Shown in pieces: positions 58,572 to 64,000 of a stretch of 64,000 nt of DNA. A model generated the notes under the pieces. That model did no database searches. It worked only from the letters and a program-made list of their open reading frames with translations, and was not told the origin of the DNA. Source of the stretch: Parcubacteria group bacterium. GTDB taxonomy: Bacteria; Patescibacteriota; Patescibacteriia; Buchananbacterales; UBA6539. The stretch's first letter is position 1. Every line of letters starts with the position of its first letter. The translations under genes were made by a program, and so were the position numbers. The stretch covers positions 839 through 64,838 of the forward strand of contig NYZP01000001.1 in assembly GCA_002687175.1 (NCBI GenBank), given 5' to 3'.

Positions 58572-59126
58572 TTAAATTGTCATTATTTCTTTTTCTTTAG
58601 CATCGCCTAACGCTTTAATTTTATCGTTATACTCTTTAATTAACTCATCTAATTGTTTGATTGAATCGTACTTATCATCCTCGGTAATTTCGTTAGCTTT
58701 TTCCTGCTTGACAACTTCGTCTTTTACTCTGTCACGAATTTGACGAATAACAATTCTGGATTTCTCCATTTTTTCACCAACTGACTTAGTCAGTTCTTTA
58801 CGACTCTCTTCGGTCAAGGCCGGAATAGTAAGGCGAATTACTGCTCCCTCATTAACCGGACTAATGCCAATATTAGCATTAATAATGGCCTTTTCAACCT
58901 CTTTAGACAGTGTTTTATCCCACGGTTGAATTAGTAATGTTCGGGCTTCGGGCACGGTTACCGAAGCTAACTGCTTCATTGGCGTTTTAGTACCGTAAGA
59001 ATCTACTAGAATATTTTCCACCATCATTGGGTTGGCTCGACCAACCCTTAAGGTGGTTAACTCTTCCTTTAAATGTTCCAAGCTCTTTTCAAAGTCTGGT
59101 TTACTGTTATCAATTAATGTACCCAT
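58572..59126 (-). CDS. frr: ribosome recycling factor
   Basis: LRVGRANP, IQPWD, PALTEESRKEL, KEKEIM. Confidence 0.96.
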   Translation of the reverse strand: MGTLIDNSKPDFEKSLEHLKEELTTLRVGRANPMMVENILVDSYGTKTPMKQLASVTVPEARTLLIQPWDKTLSKEVEKAIINANIGISPVNEGAVIRLTIPALTEESRKELTKSVGEKMEKSRIVIRQIRDRVKDEVVKQEKANEITEDDKYDSIKQLDELIKEYNDKIKALGDAKEKEIMTI

Positions 59127-59132
59127 AATAAA

Positions 59133-60185
59133 TTATCTTCCTAAATTAGAAAATCCCATATACAAAATATTTGGATCGTTGGAGTCAACCTGCATGTAAG
59201 TAGCTACGGCATTGCTGGGTAATCTCTTGGTGATCCAATTTTGACCACCATCAGTGGTTTTATAAAATGTAGAAGCCGTGGCATAATAAATTTCTTTATT
59301 GTTTTGAGGATTAATTGCCACCGAAAAAATATCAGCAGTGGCTGGCGGGGTGATTAAATTAAGGGCATTCCAGGTGGCTCCACCGTTATTACTTTTAATC
59401 AAACCGTATTTGGCAACCAACATTAAACCATCTGACTGACTGGCATCAAAAATTAAATTTCGATATTCCATTGAACCGGAGTACTGTTTCAAACCATCAT
59501 TAATATCGATCCAACTAATACCAGAATTGGTTGATTTAAAAATTCCATTGTTATTGGTGGCTAAATAAAGTACTCGAGTATCATTTGGATTAATTAAAAT
59601 TTTAGTTATTGGATTGTTAAGTCGATGGATTACCTGCCAGGTGGTGCCACCATTGGTGCTTTTAAGGATGTCGCCGGCGGAATTACCAGCATAAACGATT
59701 AAGCTATTAAAAAAATCAACAGCCAAGGCGGTCACATTCTTGTCAGCCCTGGTATCAATATAAATTTCCGCCCAGGTCCGACTACAGTCAACTGATTTTA
59801 AAACGGTGTTAGTAAAGGTGGCATAGATAACACATTTATTTTTGGCATCAATGGCCACTGCTTCAATCCGACCATTGCCTACCTGTTTGGCTTTTTGCCA
59901 ACTGTCACCGCCATCATAAGTAAATAACAAACCGTCAGTCTCGGTAGCTAAATAAATAGCCCGATTATCCTGAGGGTCAAAAGTTAAGTTTATAACATTA
60001 ACACCAGAGATAGTTCCAGTGCCGCCAGAATGTAAAAATAAACTTTTGGTAATCCAGGTATTACCCCGATCAAATGATTTAAAAACTCCGGAGACCGAAG
60101 GCGTATTAGACCCACCAAAACTGATGGTACAGCCAGTTAAAAAAATGGAAGCTAAGATTAAAGTTTTAAATGATAATTTTTTCAT
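59133..60185 (-). CDS. BNR/Asp-box (YCF48-like) beta-propeller lipoprotein
   Basis: LTGC lipobox, repeated S.D/NGG.TW. Confidence 0.85.
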   Translation of the reverse strand: MKKLSFKTLILASIFLTGCTISFGGSNTPSVSGVFKSFDRGNTWITKSLFLHSGGTGTISGVNVINLTFDPQDNRAIYLATETDGLLFTYDGGDSWQKAKQVGNGRIEAVAIDAKNKCVIYATFTNTVLKSVDCSRTWAEIYIDTRADKNVTALAVDFFNSLIVYAGNSAGDILKSTNGGTTWQVIHRLNNPITKILINPNDTRVLYLATNNNGIFKSTNSGISWIDINDGLKQYSGSMEYRNLIFDASQSDGLMLVAKYGLIKSNNGGATWNALNLITPPATADIFSVAINPQNNKEIYYATASTFYKTTDGGQNWITKRLPSNAVATYMQVDSNDPNILYMGFSNLGR

Positions 60186-60190
60186 AATTT

Positions 60191-61234
60191 TTAAAAATTT
60201 AAAACTAAATTTTCTAAGACTAATTTAGGATTAACGTTGGCGTCCAAATAACGCCTACTTGAATTAAGATTAATAATAGTGCTGGCTAAACTTTTAGGAC
60301 TAAATTTGCTGGCCAGCTCCTTCAAATCTGTTAAGAAGCGATGATTACTGATTAAATTTTCGTTGTTTAATTTAATCAGTACCAAATCTCTTAGCACTTT
60401 ACTCCAAATATTTAAACTGTCTTTAATTGAATTAATATCTTTTAAATCAACGACTTCACCTAACATTTTAAGTCGAGTATTGGCTTTACTACCTAATAAA
60501 GTGACAAACTGTTTGGCTTGATCCTGAAAATCTAGGTACAACTCATTGTCAGTAGCATAATTAATAGCCATGCCTGGTTGACCAAAAGATAAATTAGCTA
60601 GTACAGTGGCTTTTTTTCGGTCAACTTTCAAACTTCTCAAATGATCAAAAATATCTTCATACTTAACTGGCAAAAATTTTAAAACCTGGCAACGTGACGC
60701 TACGGTCTTGGGTATTTTGGCTAAATTGGCGGTTAATAAGATCAGAACTGTCTTAGCGGTGGGCTCTTCTAGGAGTTTCAGTAAAGCATTAGCCGCTTCT
60801 AAACTTAAAGTTTCGGCTTCATCAATTATGGCAATCTTGTATGAGTTTAAAAATGAATGCAGGCTCAGTTTACTTTGAATCTGACGAATCTGCTCAATAC
60901 TGATATTTTTCTTTAACTTATCAGTTTTGTCATTTACTTCCCGGCTAAGCCAATAAACGTCGGGATGAATACCATTTTTAATTTGTTTACATCCATTGCA
61001 GCTACCACAGGGAATTTTCTCATTATCCTCATTATCTTTAGCTAAATTCTGACAAATTAAACTGTCGGTGAAACTTTTGGCCACCGTCGCTTTGCCAAGA
61101 TGTGGCGTACCAACAAATAAATAAGCATGAGCTATGCTGTTATTAGTCAATGATCTCTGTAAATAATTAACAATATTTAAATGGCCGACAATCGGCCAAT
61201 TAAAACGGCTATTCTCCTCTGCATCTTTAGACAT
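60191..61234 (-). CDS. holB: DNA polymerase III delta' subunit
   Basis: HAYLFVG, CGSCNGC, HPDV, AANALLKLLEEP, SRC. Confidence 0.92.
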   Translation of the reverse strand: MSKDAEENSRFNWPIVGHLNIVNYLQRSLTNNSIAHAYLFVGTPHLGKATVAKSFTDSLICQNLAKDNEDNEKIPCGSCNGCKQIKNGIHPDVYWLSREVNDKTDKLKKNISIEQIRQIQSKLSLHSFLNSYKIAIIDEAETLSLEAANALLKLLEEPTAKTVLILLTANLAKIPKTVASRCQVLKFLPVKYEDIFDHLRSLKVDRKKATVLANLSFGQPGMAINYATDNELYLDFQDQAKQFVTLLGSKANTRLKMLGEVVDLKDINSIKDSLNIWSKVLRDLVLIKLNNENLISNHRFLTDLKELASKFSPKSLASTIINLNSSRRYLDANVNPKLVLENLVLNF

Positions 61235-61346
61235 GTCCCGTAGTAGAAATTTGATTAATAAATAGTTATCTATAGATTATAATGCCTGAGCTCTCTGCAA
61301 AGTCGCCTAAAGGCGACTTTCAATCAAATTTTCACTACAGGACATG
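61232..61346. mobile_element. MITE-like element at holB start
   Basis: 25-bp imperfect TIRs CATGTCCYGTAGT..AAATTTGATT; inner AAAGTCGCC-TAAA-GGCGACTTT. Confidence 0.7.
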
Positions 61347-61703
61347 GTTACATTTTATCATAATATAAGCTTTTGGCAAGTACTTATTATGCCAAATTTT
61401 AATAATTTGGTCAAAAAAAACCGCCGATTTACATTCGACGGTATGCACTGGACTTATTGGCTAATGTTACTAATCTAAAAGCCCCTTAATAACCTCTTGG
61501 GTTATTTTATCGGCAATTGAATTTTCAGACTGACGAAGATTCCGCTAGCCTTGAACCAGTGTTTGATCTAATTATCTGTCCTCCTTTGGACTAAAACCTT
61601 GGTAGTTAATCAATGTGACCAGTCATACCAACCGACAAGTCCCAGTATACCTAATATAACAAGCACTAGACAGCCAAAACGTCGGATGCTAAATGATCTA
61701 CTA

Positions 61704-62111
61704 CTAGTTGTCAGTTCTGTATTCCTCCCTGTCTATGACAAAGTGACTTTTACGTTGATTGGTGACTTCTCTCGCCATTTTTCGAATCACTTCATTTTCG
61801 TCTTGAGTAGCAGCTGCCAGTACCTCTTGATGCCAGTATTCCATCAACTGAGTTGCTGCCGCAACAGCAGGGTCATCAGAATCTGAGCTGTTGTCAAGAC
61901 TGATGTCAATTCTTTTGGACATCACTCTAACGGCCATTTGCCGAAAGTAAGCAATCTCCTCCAAATTAAAAGCAACCTGAATAAACTCCAGTTCCTCGGC
62001 ACTGGTTGCGTGATCCTTGAGGATTATCTTCCTTGGTTGGTGGCTTTCCAAGAAAACAGCCACCAGAAGACAAACTATTACCAATACCCCATAGGCTTTG
62101 GAAAACTTCAT
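61704..62111 (-). CDS. membrane-anchored helical orphan protein
   Basis: AAAGGAG SD before MKFSKAYGVLVIVCLL; helical, HEAT-like segments. Confidence 0.65.
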   Translation of the reverse strand: MKFSKAYGVLVIVCLLVAVFLESHQPRKIILKDHATSAEELEFIQVAFNLEEIAYFRQMAVRVMSKRIDISLDNSSDSDDPAVAAATQLMEYWHQEVLAAATQDENEVIRKMAREVTNQRKSHFVIDREEYRTDN

Positions 62112-62245
62112 GGTGGATCTCCTTTGGCTGTTGTTTATAAATGTCAATGTTCTTTACCTCAACTTATCTTAACTAATATTTTTTGTCAAAGAAAAAAACC
62201 GCTTAGCTATGCTATGCGGCCTGTGAATTGGACTGACCAACTAAC

Positions 62246-63334
62246 TTATAAATCGACGGTCACCGAATCTTCTACTTCGGCATTAATAGCATCTTCTTCG
62301 GTATTATGACTCTCTTCTTCAGAAGATACTAAAGTGACTCGATTGGACAATGCTTCAACCACTCCCTCGCGAACAATTTCAGATTCGTCAGAGAGGGCGG
62401 TTACTAATGCTCGATCAACTTTGGGACTTGGGTCTGGTAAGGCTGCCAGTAATTCAACTGCCTCCTCACGAATCCCTGAATAGCCATGAGACAAGGCGCT
62501 AATTAAAGCAGCTTCAACTACCAGACCTGATCTACCCACTAATGCTTCTATAGCATTATGCTGATTTACCCAACCTGAGTTATCAGTAAAAACTCTGATC
62601 AAGTATGCTTCAACTTCCGGACCGGAAAGTTTGCTTAAAGCCTTGATGGCATCATAATGAATATTTCCATCGTTATCATAGGCTGACTTGATCAATACTG
62701 CATACAAATCATCGTCTGGCAACATACCAGCCAATGCCTGCCTGGCTGCTTCACGAACATATTGATCTTCATCAGTAGTGGCCACAATTAAGGCCACTGA
62801 AATCTCCTCACCTGATCGTTGGCATAAAACATTAATTGCCGCTAGGCGTAAACCCTTGCTGGTAGCTGTAGAGAACTCGATTAACTCCTCATCAGTCACC
62901 TCTGTCAGTCTTTCTTCCAATGCTAGAGCGGCTGTTGCGCTCACCGTGTAACTTTCAGAATTTGCCACTTCAGTCAGCATGACGAAGTCAAAAGTAGGCA
63001 TTAATTCCTTTAAAGACTCAGCGGCAGCCCACTTAACATCAAAATCATCATCATTACTGGCTTTGATAAGTGCCCTGATGATTTGATCATTTCTTTCTTC
63101 CTCGGTCATCTCGACAAATGATACAGTGTCAACTTCTTCGGTCGCAACCGCCTCGCTATTTTCGCTGTCGACTTCAGTAGCCCCGTCTCCTGATATTTCT
63201 TCGGCGATCGTTGGTTTAATCACCACTTCGCTTTTCCAATCGTCGATAATTGGAAGAGCAACAAAAATTAAGAATATCAGTGCTCCAACACAAGCAATAC
63301 ACAACTTACCAGGATGATCAAATATTTTCCTCAT
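62246..63334 (-). CDS. membrane-anchored HEAT-repeat protein
   Basis: AAGGAG SD, TM, repeated LI.A..D....VR..A..AL. Confidence 0.85.
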   Translation of the reverse strand: MRKIFDHPGKLCIACVGALIFLIFVALPIIDDWKSEVVIKPTIAEEISGDGATEVDSENSEAVATEEVDTVSFVEMTEEERNDQIIRALIKASNDDDFDVKWAAAESLKELMPTFDFVMLTEVANSESYTVSATAALALEERLTEVTDEELIEFSTATSKGLRLAAINVLCQRSGEEISVALIVATTDEDQYVREAARQALAGMLPDDDLYAVLIKSAYDNDGNIHYDAIKALSKLSGPEVEAYLIRVFTDNSGWVNQHNAIEALVGRSGLVVEAALISALSHGYSGIREEAVELLAALPDPSPKVDRALVTALSDESEIVREGVVEALSNRVTLVSSEEESHNTEEDAINAEVEDSVTVDL

Positions 63335-63413
63335 GACATTACTCCTTCTGTGCCTCCTGGATTTCTGAACCTAAAAGGTTCGGTCAAAGATCAAACAAAG
63401 TCCAACATCCTAA

Positions 63414-64000
63414 TTACCACAGTTCTTTAGCCTCCTGCCAAATATTTGGATAACCCTGTTGGTCAAGCCAGTACCAATACTCTACTCCCCAAAGGTAAAC
63501 TTCGGCGAAACCAGCTTGTTCAACATAGTTTATATTATCTTTAAATCTTTGTAAAGTAAATGATCGTTCCTGTTCTTCCAGAGTTAATTCAATCATTGGT
63601 TTATCTAAAGTCCAGGGTTCCATTTGTAGTTCAATCACAATCACTTTGTCTAGATTCTTATGAAAAAATTTGGTCAAGTCGGCCTTGTAACGATAGGCCG
63701 CTGGTGGTAGAAAAAAATAGTCCCAAAACCCCAGATATTTATTCCAAACTACTCGGTATAAAGTGATACCTAAATTATCAGCCAAGCTGGCCGCTCCTTG
63801 CCAATGATTCAGCTCGCCACTGTCAGTCACCACAATTGGCCTAGTGTTATCGAGTGAGCGCACTAATTCTATTTCCTGAGCTAAAAACTTTTTGTCGGGT
63901 AAGGGGCATTCACCAAATAAAGCAAACAGAGGTTCATTCTCTACTTGCCAAGACTTTATAACATCGTTACTTTGGTATCGTTCAATAACTGCCCGAATAT
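63414..64000 (-). CDS. glycoside hydrolase-like TIM barrel protein (partial, starts beyond window)
   Basis: WQVENEPLFA.FGECP, TDSGE, ELQMEPW, LWGVEYWY. Confidence 0.7.
   Translation of the reverse strand, partial: IRAVIERYQSNDVIKSWQVENEPLFALFGECPLPDKKFLAQEIELVRSLDNTRPIVVTDSGELNHWQGAASLADNLGITLYRVVWNKYLGFWDYFFLPPAAYRYKADLTKFFHKNLDKVIVIELQMEPWTLDKPMIELTLEEQERSFTLQRFKDNINYVEQAGFAEVYLWGVEYWYWLDQQGYPNIWQEAKELW

Noticed and set aside
1258-63766. Remaining short nested or antisense ORFs inside core genes
   Set aside because: They overlap well-supported genes and have no independent signals

Overview
AT-rich bacterial chromosome segment, standard genetic code, most likely Patescibacteria/CPR (Parcubacteria/ABY1-like). 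This is an inference from short AlaRS, truncated RpoA, leaderless housekeeping genes and CPR-type surface proteins. Core content: mnmA 3' end, alaS, alpha operon fused to rplM-rpsI, a redox cluster, glycan genes, fmt/def, gltX, ftsQ-ddl-alr, serS, lysS, greA, mrdA-mreDCB, proS, rseP, frr, holB. Gene orientation converges from mostly + to mostly - near 33.7 kb. About a dozen self-contained accessory units sit between core genes, most with their own sigma70 promoter, often a boxA-like motif, a strong Shine-Dalgarno (rare in core genes) and a terminator. They include an array of five tiny membrane peptides, Zn-finger and receiver-like mini-proteins, and a giant M23/LamG protein. Also present: two large GC-rich structured ncRNA candidates, an integron-cassette (attC) remnant, an IS200-type tnpA with hairpins and repeated sRNA-like units, a MITE, and in-frame palindromic insertions. 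Several homopolymer frameshifts may be assembly errors. No rRNA, tRNA or CRISPR array was recognised. All calls are by eye; no searches were run.
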